DNA of 64,000 nucleotides from Tetramitus jugosus (lineage: Eukaryota > Protista > Heterolobosea). The position numbers and the translations under genes were made by a program. Where the stretch lies: assembly GCA_937625935.1 (NCBI GenBank), contig OW569376.1:186001-250000 (forward strand). The letters are read 5' to 3'. Below the pieces are notes generated by a model, which saw nothing but the letters and a program-made list of their open reading frames with translations, searched no databases and was not told the origin of the DNA. Below are positions 42,978-54,434 of this stretch, piece after piece (the stretch's first letter is position 1; each line of letters begins with the position of its first letter).

Positions 42978-44177
42978 ATGAGATTTGAAATACCATCAGT
43001 TCAAATTGCCCAGGTGTTAATGCATTATTCTTCATGCTTGGAAGACATGGGTACTGAAGGATGTGTGACCTCTGTTCCAATATCCTCCTGTTTCCAATTT
43101 AAAGCTGATTACCCCGTCCAGATGGATCTCACCGCTACACAAGTTCTTGTTCGACTGGAAGCTTCTGGTCTCAATCCTTATGATGTAACAAGAAGAAAGG
43201 GACAATCCACAAGTGTTCTAGAACCAAATCCACCAGCTGTGTTGGGTACTGATGGAGCAGGTGTGATCGTTAACATGGGAGAGTTGGTCGACGAAAGCTT
43301 ATTTGATTTAGGTGACAAAGTGTTTGGAAGAACATCTGTTGTTCACACTGGCACCAATTGTCAATACGCTGTATTTGATGCAATGGACTTGGCACATATG
43401 CCTGATGAGATGACATTTGAAGAGGCTGCATGTATTCCTACAAGTGCACTCACTGCATGGCAGAGTATTCATTGTGTGGATGACGCTCAAGAGAAACTCA
43501 GAGGAGCCAATGTCGTTGTCGTAGGTGGTCCAGATCATGTAGTTTCCTGGGCTATCCTTCTCTTGAGCAAAATGTTTCAGGCAAATGTGCATGTTGTGTG
43601 TCACGACATACAACAGAATGAAGAATACTTGAGAACACTAGGAGCAATTCATGTGATGGATTATGAAAGTGGCCAAAGGGATTATGCACTCGAATTGACT
43701 GAGAAACTAGGAGAACGATGCGTTCGATTCGCAATTGATTGTATAGGAGGAGAACACGATTCACAAAGATGCTGTTCATTGCTCACTTTAGATGATGGAC
43801 ATTATGTTTCTAGTTCTAGCAACAATACCGCTACTGTTTCATCTATGCTTGGATTCAACTACCTTTGGTCGAAAGCGATCTCAATGATCTCCAACAATTC
43901 TCCCAGATGTCACTCTGTTCGTCCAGTCTCTTCTGGAAAGAACTTGCAGATTTTAGTCAATTGGGCAGAGGAAGAGGGAGAAGTGTACAAGACCATTCGA
44001 TTCTCTAAGTTTGATCTCAAGGATTTAGATTTAGCCCACACAGAGTACGAGAAGGAAGGATTGAGATCACATGTTGCCCTTACAATACCGAAGAAGATCA
44101 AGGAAAATCCTTCATTGACTTTGAAGGAAAACAAGGAAAGAATATCAAGGAGAGACATCGCTCGAGCCGATCTCTAA
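42978..44177 (+). CDS. Zinc-independent medium-chain dehydrogenase / quinone oxidoreductase-like protein
   Basis: VLVRLEASGLNPYD, VLGTDGAGVI, GDKVFG, FEEAACIP..LTAWQ; start uncertain. Confidence 0.8.
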   Translation: MRFEIPSVQIAQVLMHYSSCLEDMGTEGCVTSVPISSCFQFKADYPVQMDLTATQVLVRLEASGLNPYDVTRRKGQSTSVLEPNPPAVLGTDGAGVIVNMGELVDESLFDLGDKVFGRTSVVHTGTNCQYAVFDAMDLAHMPDEMTFEEAACIPTSALTAWQSIHCVDDAQEKLRGANVVVVGGPDHVVSWAILLLSKMFQANVHVVCHDIQQNEEYLRTLGAIHVMDYESGQRDYALELTEKLGERCVRFAIDCIGGEHDSQRCCSLLTLDDGHYVSSSSNNTATVSSMLGFNYLWSKAISMISNNSPRCHSVRPVSSGKNLQILVNWAEEEGEVYKTIRFSKFDLKDLDLAHTEYEKEGLRSHVALTIPKKIKENPSLTLKENKERISRRDIARADL

Positions 44178-44237
44178 CAAATTTTGCAACCAATCATATT
44201 ATTAAACCAATTCATTACAAATAACATCATTTTATAC

Positions 44238-45284
44238 TTATCTTTGACCAGCAAACATAAAGTTGGTTTGATGTGGCAAATAGGTAACATTTTGACTCTT
44301 GGCCAACAATTGGGCAATGTCTCTACTGGCTTGAATCTTTCTCAGAGCAATTAGACCATAGCCATGCTTTGCCAACGAATCACTAATCAATCTTGCACTC
44401 TCAGCTTCACCAGAGGCACGAGTCACAGCAGCCTCTCTCTCGAAATTGGCCTTTGTCACCAAAAACTTTGCTCTTTCAGCAGCTTGTTGAGCAACTTGCT
44501 TTTGTTCGACAGCATTGGTAAATTCCTTGCTAAAGCTCAAGTGAGTAATAGCAACATCAACAATGTCCAAATTGTACTTGGTAGAAGCCAATTGCTTAAT
44601 TCTGCCAGTAATTTCATGAGAAACAACAGCACGTTGAGTAATCAACTCAACAGCATTGTATTGAGCGACAACAGCCTTCATGACTTCATTTCCAATCGAA
44701 GGAATAATTCTCTCATCATAATCCATACCATACTCCTTGTAAATGACTGGGAGTTTGTTGGTAACAGGACGGTACAACACTCTCAAAGTAATGTTCACCG
44801 TTTGTTGATCTAATAATGATCATGATGAAAATTCAAAAAAAATTGTAAGTTTTTGGCGCGTTTTCAAATCAAGAAAAAAGCTGGGCGCGATTTCACTCAT
44901 TGATCGCTCTCAAAAGAAGACTGTGTCACACAGTCATTCCCAATCGCAAACAACAGGAACAACAACAACCAGCAACAACAATTGAAACAAATCAAAATTC
45001 AACAACAACAACGACATACCCTTTGTTCCAGTAGCTGTTGGAATGCTTCTAAACTTTGTTCTCACATCAAAGATAATTGGTGTTTGGATGAGTGGCCATC
45101 TGATGTGAGTACCCTCATGCACAACATCGTCAAGAACTCTACCTCTTGCATAATCCATAATAATGGCACGTTCTCCTCCATCTACAGTGAACAAAAATGG
45201 GTATAGGAGAGCTGTGGCTGGAACGACGGCCAAACTGGTAACTGTCACTAATCGAAGGAATTTATCGGCTACTCTTGCGGCCAT
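44238..45284 (-). CDS. PHB1: Prohibitin (PHB1-like), 2 exons
   Basis: VDGGERA, EGTH; spliced TKDQQTVNITLRVL; YDERIIPSIGNEV, AVEQKQVAQQAAERA; intron 44810-45019. Confidence 0.88.
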
Positions 45285-45472
45285 TTTTTTGCAATATTGG
45301 AATGATGTGCTTTGTTTTTGATCCAAGAAATTTTTGTTTGATTTTTTGTTTGCGCAATATTTTTACCGCACTTCAATCTGTTAGGTGAAACGGAAAAACA
45401 ATTCACAAGGGGACAGAAAATGAAGCAAGGAGTTTGTTCAATTGTAATCAAAAACAATTTTCGTGCATTTTA

Positions 45473-47848
45473 TCACTTTGCTGCTGCTGCTGCCGCTGTT
45501 ATGGCAAGCTTCTTGGTGGGATTTTCCTTCTTTTGTTTGCTGTGAACGAGATAAGTATTGGGAGATTCCCAAATCACCTTCTCCTCAGTCCAATCAGTCT
45601 TCCACAGATTCAGGATGTAGTCACTGAATAGGAAGTGGTGCCAAACCTTTCTTGCTTTTCTCCAACCAAACTCAAATAGGTATTGAGTAAATCCCAAATC
45701 ATAAGCAGCATACTCTCGTTTGTCATTCAACATTTCGAGCATAAATTCTCTAAAGTCACTGCTGAAACTGTAGAGAGCATTTCCGTTGACGTGAACATTC
45801 ATTGCGAGTGATCCTAGATCTCCTCCAGAAGGATCATCAGCGGATTTGCCTTCTGGATTGATGAATGCCACCTTTCCTCTGTAAATGGAACCACTAACCC
45901 ACCATGGCGTATCGGGTACGTACGCTTGATCCAAGATTCTTGTGAGCCAGCCGTCTCGGATCGGAAATGTGTCTGGTTCTGCATAGAATTGATACCTATA
46001 TTGCGTGTACACTGTGTTGTCAAACATCAGTCGATAGTACATGCGATTAGCAGAACTAGGGTAGCTGTCTTCTTCTGGCAACAGATTCGTGTATCTAAAC
46101 TGAATAACAGGATTAATACAATGTAAGTCAGCCCTCAGTGGTCCATCTACTTTTCCATTGGTACTCAAGTGAGCAAGTACCATCTCCTCCAATCGTAAAT
46201 ATCTTTGTGTGTGATAGTAGAAGATGAGATCGGTTTTTTCATGATACAGCTTTGGTTTGCCAACACAAGGCTTGTGCTGTCCCCAACGTTTCAATTGATT
46301 CATAACCTCTGGAATTTGCACACGAGGGAATGGAACAACCAGAGCAAACTTTTTGTGTACTAGTGATCCTTCACACTGATTCATATTCATGTGCAATTCT
46401 TCTCTAATGACATTCAAGTCAAACAAGTTTCTCTTGTTTGCCACGACATATGCCAGTGGATTCAATTCTGATTCCTTCTTTAACAATCGGAACCGTTTGT
46501 TCACATGTCTCAATATATAGACTTGAACAATTTGCTTGTTCATGGATGGCTTTGCTGTGAGCGCGTTCGAAACGATACGATCCATTGGCAAAGTCACCAA
46601 ATCGAAATACTTCCAATTCTCCATCTCTTTCATATACTTTCTGTCCATATTCAAAGAATAGAGAATAAAAGTGATTTGAGCTTGTTGCTCCAACGTCAAA
46701 TCCTTCATGTAATTCTGCACACAGACAGCAAATTGAGACGCCTCCCTCAATGAGTTTTCGTCGTACACTGGAATTAAAAAAAGTTTTTTGGCGAGAACTT
46801 CATCCGTCGTAGCTGGCATCACATATGACACAAAAGTCAATCGAGCTTGTTCCGTTGGTGAGACACCGGTTCGAAACGCTTGTTTCTCATCTTGATCCGC
46901 AAACAGCGCATCATCATTGTCTACACCATTGAATCGAAATGCAAGTAAATTTCTTCTCTTGCTCTCCATCTCTTGCTCCAACAACTTTTTTTGCTGTTCC
47001 AAGTAGGCGACTCTCTCCACAGTTGATTTCTCTTTGGTTTCCAGCTCTGTTTCCAACTCTTGAATCTTGCTCTTCATATCCAACTCTTGTTTCTCCAGTA
47101 TTTGTCTCTTTGACTCAAATTCTTGCTCCAATTGCAATCTTTGCTTTTCCAGTTGTTGCTGTAACTCTTGTTGAGCAAGCTCAGTGGCACGTTTTTGCTC
47201 CTGTAATTGTAATTGTAGGTACAAGTGTTGTTGTTCCATTTGAGTGAACGAGGATGACGATATGTATTTATCGATGGGTTGTGGTGTCATTGATGTAGAT
47301 CCCTTGGAGTCATCGTGATTGTTGTTGTTGGATGATGATTTTTGTTGTTGTCGTCTTCGAGAGAAATGAGTCAAGAGAAGAAGAATGTAGCATGTAGCTA
47401 CCATGGAAAAGGCCAAGAAAAACAGTGTTTTCTTATTCCACTTTTTGGAGAGGTAAAACTTTGCATTTTTTACGAGACTTGAGAAAGATGTTGTTGATGT
47501 TGTTGTGGTGGTGGTGACAGTAGCTCTCTTCTTCTTGTTGGGCGTTGTAGGAGTAGAAGGTGTAGGAGTAGCTTTGTGATTCAATTGACCGTTTCGTGTA
47601 GGTGAAGAGCCCTCTTGAGAGGTCAATTTGATGGAGGAATCAATATCGCGGTTTAGTTTTTGACTGATGACTGTTCCTGTCAGTGTCGATAGTGAAGTTG
47701 TGGCGGATGTGGGTGTTGTGGGAATAGAAGAAGGAGGTGATGGTGTTTGGTAAAGAGGAGATGACCTTGCATTTTCTTGTTGAATGAGAATAATGGTGGG
47801 ATTGGGAGAGTTATTGTGATTGTCATTGGTTATTGTAGCTACTTCCAT
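45473..47848 (-). CDS. Type II membrane protein with coiled-coil stem and putative luminal glycan-modifying domain
   Basis: Low-complexity N-terminus, TM helix, Q/E coiled coil, C-terminal globular domain with AEPD and HVNGNALY; function inferred only. Confidence 0.6.
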   Translation of the reverse strand: MEVATITNDNHNNSPNPTIILIQQENARSSPLYQTPSPPSSIPTTPTSATTSLSTLTGTVISQKLNRDIDSSIKLTSQEGSSPTRNGQLNHKATPTPSTPTTPNKKKRATVTTTTTTSTTSFSSLVKNAKFYLSKKWNKKTLFFLAFSMVATCYILLLLTHFSRRRQQQKSSSNNNNHDDSKGSTSMTPQPIDKYISSSSFTQMEQQHLYLQLQLQEQKRATELAQQELQQQLEKQRLQLEQEFESKRQILEKQELDMKSKIQELETELETKEKSTVERVAYLEQQKKLLEQEMESKRRNLLAFRFNGVDNDDALFADQDEKQAFRTGVSPTEQARLTFVSYVMPATTDEVLAKKLFLIPVYDENSLREASQFAVCVQNYMKDLTLEQQAQITFILYSLNMDRKYMKEMENWKYFDLVTLPMDRIVSNALTAKPSMNKQIVQVYILRHVNKRFRLLKKESELNPLAYVVANKRNLFDLNVIREELHMNMNQCEGSLVHKKFALVVPFPRVQIPEVMNQLKRWGQHKPCVGKPKLYHEKTDLIFYYHTQRYLRLEEMVLAHLSTNGKVDGPLRADLHCINPVIQFRYTNLLPEEDSYPSSANRMYYRLMFDNTVYTQYRYQFYAEPDTFPIRDGWLTRILDQAYVPDTPWWVSGSIYRGKVAFINPEGKSADDPSGGDLGSLAMNVHVNGNALYSFSSDFREFMLEMLNDKREYAAYDLGFTQYLFEFGWRKARKVWHHFLFSDYILNLWKTDWTEEKVIWESPNTYLVHSKQKKENPTKKLAITAAAAAAK

Positions 47849-48187
47849 TCTTTTCTGACGACGTGTTGGCCAAACAAAGGAAAGTGTAGTGCTCGTGTTG
47901 TTATTTGTTGTTTTGGTGGTGATGATGTCTCAGGACACGAAAGCAGCAATATAGGAAATAACGTGTGGAATGTGAAGCAACCGGTACTTCCTGGTGAATT
48001 CAGAAATGGTGATGTTCGTCAACTGGTGACATGCAGCCGGAACGGAATATGGGCTGTTCGTTGCTGAACAGGCATTGATGGGCCCAGGAGATGCGGAGTT
48101 TCTACCAGAGAGCCAAAAAATGCGACAACACATACCGTGAAGTTTGAACAACAGGAACTTTTCAATTTCCATCAGAAAAAAGTTGTT

Positions 48188-49147
48188 TTACTCCTCTTGA
48201 GGCGTTTTGTACGCAACGAGAAAGTTATTACGATCGGACATGACACATTCATCATGTGTCATCTTCTTGAAAACCTGTGAATCGTCGCGTATCCTAGTGT
48301 GCAAGAACAGTGTCCAACCCATGTACTGAAGCACTTCCCTGCTCATACCGTGAATATTGGCATCTTCACATATCGAAGTATCCTTGCACATTTCATTCAG
48401 TGCTCTATTGTCATCAGTCTCATGCAAGCAACATGGCGAGAGTGCCATACCTACAATGTTGTCCATTTGATTGAACACATTGATGAAAATTTCACTCAAA
48501 TAAATGCACAAATGAACTCCGACGCATATACCAATCACCTCACCATCATCATCATCACCATCATTCTTTTGTTCACCATCATCACTACCACCACTTGAAC
48601 CATTAGTACTCTCAGTACTACTACCATTTGTCTCATTATTATTTTTATACTTGTTCATGAGACGATTCAAATCACTCATCAATCTCTGCGTTCCATTCTT
48701 CTTTTCCGGAAAAATGCAAAAGTGCTCAAACACAACCGATCCGTTCAACGGTTCCAAATGACTCAAATTCATTTTCGTCGTCTTGTCCAGCATAATAATT
48801 CTAGATTTTGTTCGAATCCACTCGGGCAACGCAGAATAGAGCACAACAGACGTGTAGCCCTTACCGGAGCACATGTCAAAAAAGAAGACTTGTTTCGCCT
48901 TTTGTATCCGAGCTTTCAATTTTTCACAAATTTCCATGACCAAATTCACTACGCCATAACACTCTGTCACTTCTTTTTTGAGAGTGTTCTTGTTGAGCAG
49001 AGAGTGCCATTGTTCTGCATGTTTCAAGCGAAATTGTTTAATGAGGGGGTCGTTGACAAATTGGATCACATAGGGATTATCCACTTTTTCATTGTGCACA
49101 TTCTCGCACAGGAAATCATACACGGTCGATCGGGAACGAATTTTCAT
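48188..49147 (-). CDS. SAM-dependent methyltransferase-like protein (Methyltransf_32-like)
   Basis: FFDMCSGKG motif I, GVHLC..LS, SPCC. Confidence 0.65.
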   Translation of the reverse strand: MKIRSRSTVYDFLCENVHNEKVDNPYVIQFVNDPLIKQFRLKHAEQWHSLLNKNTLKKEVTECYGVVNLVMEICEKLKARIQKAKQVFFFDMCSGKGYTSVVLYSALPEWIRTKSRIIMLDKTTKMNLSHLEPLNGSVVFEHFCIFPEKKNGTQRLMSDLNRLMNKYKNNNETNGSSTESTNGSSGGSDDGEQKNDGDDDDGEVIGICVGVHLCIYLSEIFINVFNQMDNIVGMALSPCCLHETDDNRALNEMCKDTSICEDANIHGMSREVLQYMGWTLFLHTRIRDDSQVFKKMTHDECVMSDRNNFLVAYKTPQEE

Positions 49148-49314
49148 TTTTTTTTGTTTTCTTTCTTTTGTTTGGTTTTTCCTTGAACTTTCAAGAATAA
49201 TTTCACCGATTTTCGGAAAAATAGAGGAGATGGTGGTGGAAAGTCTTCTAAAGTATATCACGGCCAAGGACTAGCTCAAACTGTTTTTGTTGAAACTAAG
49301 ACAGTTTCAGACAA

Positions 49315-50453
49315 ATGAAAGTAGTTTTCAACAAGAAACTGGGATTCATACTCCTCACAGTTCTGACTATCTGTTCCACCTATTTTCTCAACCTGTCAAA
49401 TCAATTCATCAATAAACAGCAGCTCACAGTCAGTAGCTTCATATCTTCCGAACCACCATCTATCCACCAGAATGTAACATCCCTGCCGAACGGAAAGAAG
49501 AGATGTGCCTTGATTGATTGTGACAAAAACAAGAAATGGATGGAGGACTCACAACTCAATTATCACTACTCCAAGCCTCACAACACATTGTACTATCATG
49601 TGTATTGGAAGGGAGATTCATTGGATGCTTCCACTATTGATCAAGTCATACCTGGTCACTCAACAGTTGAACATTTCAAAACTTATTGTCTGGTCACCAA
49701 TATCGTTGGAAGAAGAACCAAACAAGAAGGATAGAGTCCACGATCAATCATTGAAACGCGAGCCTCTAAATGAATTACAAGAATTAAGAGACAAGTTTCC
49801 TGATAACATAGAGTTAAGAGTGTTCGAGAGAGAAGAGTTGATCAAGGGAACCTGCGTGGAGAAGAATGAGGTCTTCAATCAATTTTTGAAGAGCATGAGA
49901 CCTCAATTGGAGAGTGATGTTGTCCGTGTGTTATTGCTCAATCGCTTTGGCGGTGTTTGGATGGACAGTGATATCTTACTGATGAAGGATTTGATGACTC
50001 TCATTCCTGCTGCTCGAGAGTTCTCCACTCATTTGAGGAAATACCATGAACAATCATATCCTTCACATTAACAGAAATTCAGGTGCGGGGAAAAAGTTAA
50101 CAGAAGCCTTGTGTGGAATGATTCAACCCAATCCTCCTGTAAAACCCTCTGTTCCCTCTTGGATACTCAATGATGCATTATCTCTATATTGCAACAAAAT
50201 TTTGAAATGCGAATTGACAGGGGTACACCGCTGCCTGACTGATCCCCAACGGCTCTACGGATTTTCATCCTGTAGACAGCCATCGAATCTATCTGAAGCT
50301 TACCAGAAATTATCTGCTGCTTTTGTGTTACATCATAGATTGGACGATTGCAAGGATTTGCTTCCATCCCATTATATATTCAGATACATCAATGTTACGA
50401 ACGAAAAGATGGATAACTATCACCCAAAGCTGAGAAAAGTTAAAGGGCGTTAA
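49315..50453 (+). pseudogene. Frameshifted GT32-like (DxD sugar-binding) glycosyltransferase
   Basis: Three overlapping ORFs (49315-49734, 49514-50071, 50046-50453) form TM + YHVYW + SDVVRVLLLNRFGGVWMDSD + NN; no usable GT-AG intron seen at the shifts (~49615, ~50040). Confidence 0.65.
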
Positions 50454-50806
50454 CAGGTTGAAGAATGGATAATAGGCAGAATCTTGGCGAGATGAGTATC
50501 TCTTAAGTAGTTGCCAACTATTCCACAACTGAATTGTTTACAATGATACGTGAATGTGTCCTTCAACAATGAGACATAGGCCTAAATTTGAAAAGTGGAT
50601 AGTCCAAACAGAAGCGCAACGGGTGCTCGATTTATTTACTAATTTGTTGTCAAGCGACGACACAATACAAAATCATCCCTGTTTATCTCCAAAACGCCGT
50701 CGGAGAAAAATGTCAGGGAGAAATTCGAGCTTTCGCAGTCATTAAATTCAATCGTTCGCATTCACATGACACCAAACCAAATCATTCACATTTTTGTCAT
50801 CCCTGA

Positions 50807-52030
50807 ATGAGATACAGATTCCTTTCACAATCTCTCGAGAAGCAAACTTTCAGATCTTCCTTGTTTTTGTGCTTGATTGTCGTGGGATTTCTTCTCTTTG
50901 GAGGTCTTGTGCTGGATGATCGCTTGTTACGGTCGTCATTGTCGTCGTCGTCCAACAACAACAACAACAACAACAACAACAACGAATCAAGTACGAAATA
51001 CATCATTGTTCTGGGTTTGCGCGGACTCAACAATTATATTTTGGACATGAGCAATGCTGGAATGATGGCCAAACGGTTAAAGAGAACTCTGTTGATTCAT
51101 CCATGTGTGCAGAATGAGCACCTACACATGGAATCATTCCGGTACAATCGGGCAGAACATCGCTTGATCCGGAATTTCAAATGTAAGACACATGTTGACT
51201 TTAAACGATTGTATAGAGTGAGTGAAGGTGTACCGTTTGAGATGGTGACAGAGTCGCATCCTGTGTGGAACTATTCTCAATCAATTAACGAGTGCAGTGG
51301 AGGAAGAGGACAGTCAGATTCCAAACAAATTCGTCGATTAATCAATTGTGTCAACAGGAGGAACAGCGACCCATATGTCTTTTTCACTTCAGGACTGTTT
51401 TACTTGGGAACCAAAAATGTTTTTGACTTCTCTGAGCATGTCTATCGACTTGTGAACACTGCATTCGCTCATCGAAAGATAAATCTTCAACAAACGATGG
51501 TGGTTCATGTTCGGCTTGGAGATTATGATCATCATTGTAAACACTTACAATTGTCGTACAATGACTGTTTTATTCCCTTGCCTGGCATTGAAGCTCTCTT
51601 ACTTCAATTTCAGGCGAAGTTTGACGTGAAGAATGTGATTGTGATGACAAATGGGCAACTTCCTCAAGAGTTATTGTCTCGCAACAACTGGATTGCTGTG
51701 AGTGACATTATTGAGGAGTTATCAGTGATTGAGAAAGATGAACCCATGGATGGAAACATGAGAGTTGTGTTGGAGATGGCTACAGGGGTGTTGTCCAAGT
51801 ATTTTGTTGGCAATCGATACTCAACAATGTCAGGAAGCATTGCTGCGTTGAGAGAGAGATCTCATCCAGATTTCATGAACACAACAACATCAATCTCAGC
51901 TCTCATGGGTCTCCGGAAGGAAACCACTTATGTCAATCATCTCGATTACATCAAAGAAAACGGACTTTGGGACTATGTGGGCTTTTGTAACAAAAACCTG
52001 TTTAGTGCAATGGATCCGTACCCACCATGA
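50807..52030 (+). CDS. O-fucosyltransferase family protein, type II membrane
   Basis: TM anchor; GLNN..AKRLKRTL, VHVRLGD, FVGNRYSTMS. Confidence 0.75.
   Translation: MRYRFLSQSLEKQTFRSSLFLCLIVVGFLLFGGLVLDDRLLRSSLSSSSNNNNNNNNNNESSTKYIIVLGLRGLNNYILDMSNAGMMAKRLKRTLLIHPCVQNEHLHMESFRYNRAEHRLIRNFKCKTHVDFKRLYRVSEGVPFEMVTESHPVWNYSQSINECSGGRGQSDSKQIRRLINCVNRRNSDPYVFFTSGLFYLGTKNVFDFSEHVYRLVNTAFAHRKINLQQTMVVHVRLGDYDHHCKHLQLSYNDCFIPLPGIEALLLQFQAKFDVKNVIVMTNGQLPQELLSRNNWIAVSDIIEELSVIEKDEPMDGNMRVVLEMATGVLSKYFVGNRYSTMSGSIAALRERSHPDFMNTTTSISALMGLRKETTYVNHLDYIKENGLWDYVGFCNKNLFSAMDPYPP
50954..50983 (+). repeat. (AAC)10 coding microsatellite (poly-Asn)
   Basis: Directly visible; encodes N10. Confidence 0.9.
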
Positions 52031-52184
52031 CCAACCAAAGCGAATTATAAACAGCGCTAGTTCTATCTCATCAGGTCGAGTGCAGGTATTGGTATGGAAA
52101 CGAAATCGAACATTCTGAACGAATACAATAGAGTTTGGATATCCTCTTATCAAGCATGATTCCAATCTGTTCGAGAAGCCACAT

Positions 52185-52847
52185 CTAATAAACAACTATA
52201 GTCATATCTGAAAACTTGACAAGCCCAGCCATCAAAAATAAATTCTGTCTAAAGTTTGCCACATGTCTTGCATCTGTTTCAACATGGAAGGGTCTGAATT
52301 GATCATCTGGTAACATAACTGCAGATATCCATATTTTACAAACCTGATCGTTCTTACAACACTTAATCAATTCCGCTTGCCATGGTTCGTTGACACAATC
52401 ATCCAATAGCTTTAATGTCACATCTTTTACCGACAAACATCGATCACATGGTGAGACCAAAATTTCTTGATTCACTAGTGGTTTTCTGTTGTACAACAAC
52501 GTCACTATTTGATTCCTCGGCACATAAACAGTGATTCCATGTTTTGCTGGGATCCTAAGGGTGAGTGTTTTCCCTGATCCAGCTGATTTCCCCATAAAAA
52601 ACATGAGGGCATGACTTCCAAACCCTCTTTTGATCCGAGCTGATACAGGTAAAATGAATGATGTCTCATTGATTGTCCATTCCCTCGAGTGTATTGTCAG
52701 AAAACAACCATCCTCTTCTTCGACAAAGATGGAGTGGTTCACTTGCACATCAAGGGCTGGAAGTGTCACCGAGACTCTACCATGAATGACAGGCTTGATT
52801 ATATTTTCTTTGTTGCACGATTTGAGATGGATCAATCTTAGTACCAT
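52185..52847 (-). CDS. Hypothetical protein
   Basis: ~220-aa ORF from ATG 52847; no family recognised. Confidence 0.55.
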   Translation of the reverse strand: MVLRLIHLKSCNKENIIKPVIHGRVSVTLPALDVQVNHSIFVEEEDGCFLTIHSREWTINETSFILPVSARIKRGFGSHALMFFMGKSAGSGKTLTLRIPAKHGITVYVPRNQIVTLLYNRKPLVNQEILVSPCDRCLSVKDVTLKLLDDCVNEPWQAELIKCCKNDQVCKIWISAVMLPDDQFRPFHVETDARHVANFRQNLFLMAGLVKFSDMTIVVY

Positions 52848-53168
52848 TGTTGCTGGGGTGATTATTTTGTTAGTTTCTGGAACTTGCTTTCCAACAAAAA
52901 TATTCAATAACCCTTTCCGAGGAAATCACCACCCGGAAGTTCGAGAGGACTGGAAAGCCCATTTACAAGATAAAGACGGATGATTGAACTTCTTCATTCA
53001 GGGATGTCATTATTATTTCATATCCAAAGATTTTCCTCCAATCTTCGCTTCCGAGCCTGATAAAATCTCGCTTCCGAAGCAAGGAGGAGCTTTTCAAGAT
53101 CTCGTTTTGTGCGCGCACGTGTCACGATGGGCAATCATTGGAAACAAGAAAAAGCAAGCATTTCCATC

Positions 53169-54352
53169 ATGGATAGCCATCTACAAAATCAAGAGAGTCA
53201 TATTCTGACACTGCCCCTTCATCTCCCAGAGTATCAACACGAAGAAGAAGACGACTCCGAAGAAGATGAAGAGCCACAAAATTTCACACGCGAAGAATTG
53301 GAGCGGGAAATTTATGACCGCTCAGAAATGTTGAGCTACGATGATCAGCGCCACACCATTGATGATGAGCAAGTGCTCAATGACACGAGTGATAATGATG
53401 ATCTTGTCCAACAACAACAACAAAATCATGGTTCGCATATCCTTCCAACAATTCTGTCCCATCCATTCCATCATCACTCTACAACAAGTCTCCAGGATAT
53501 CAAGATGAGTGGTGATTCAGAGCTTGGAGATGTCAAGCCGTTGGAAACTATTGTGGTGCAACAACCGACAACTACGGTCAACATGGAATCGCCCCTTCAG
53601 CCACCGGAGAACACTCAATCGGAGAAAGTTGAGGAAGTCCGACCTAGAAAAAGACGGCGCCTACGTTACAAATCCGTCAAAGCTCACACAAAAAGATACA
53701 TGAAAAAATGGAGCGGTGTTCCAAAACAAGAAAATTTGTATCGGAGGCCTCCGCTGTGGTACATGATTGTAGCTTTTATTGCTTCCTTTACAGGAATTGC
53801 AATTGTTTGTGTCATTCATTATTATGCAATGGACAATTATCATCCAAACAGCAACAAGAAGGAACATTTAGGTATGTTGATTGGTTCTTTCGGAGCCTCT
53901 GCAGTGTTAATTTATGGCGAGTTGAAGAGTCCTTTGGCTCAACCACGGAATTTTGTTGGTGGTCATCTCTTCTCTTCGATTGTTGGTGTCATTATCAAGT
54001 TGGTGTTGACTTACACGGGCAGGGCACAAGAGTGGCTGCAACCATGGGCGTGTGCACTCTCGGTCGCCACTGCAATCTTTGTCATGCACTTGACTCGGAC
54101 TACTCATCCACCAGGTGGTGCGACTGCATTGATTGCTGTCACCTCTCCATTGGTATGTTAAGAAAACTGTTGCATTTGTATCAGCTTGTGTTTGTGTAAT
54201 TTCACTTAACTAATTCATTTCTGTAGTATCCTTGGTATGGATTTCAATATGTGTTTATGCCAGTGTTGGCAGGATGCTTTATCATGCTCACGATAGCACT
54301 GATTGTTAACAATATTCGACCTTCCAACTCGTATCCACTGTATTGGCTCTGA
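53169..54352 (+). CDS. HPP family integral membrane protein (2 exons)
   Basis: SFGASAVL..SPLAQPRN..GGH, HPPGGATAL; intron 54153-54226 gives exon 2 ending YPLYWL-TGA. Confidence 0.88.
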
Positions 54353-54434
54353 GACGGAAGAACAATCATAAGGCAGAGCAAGAGAAGATTTACTACAAAT
54401 AAAGTTTTTGTTACGTAGTCAACTTCTATGGATC

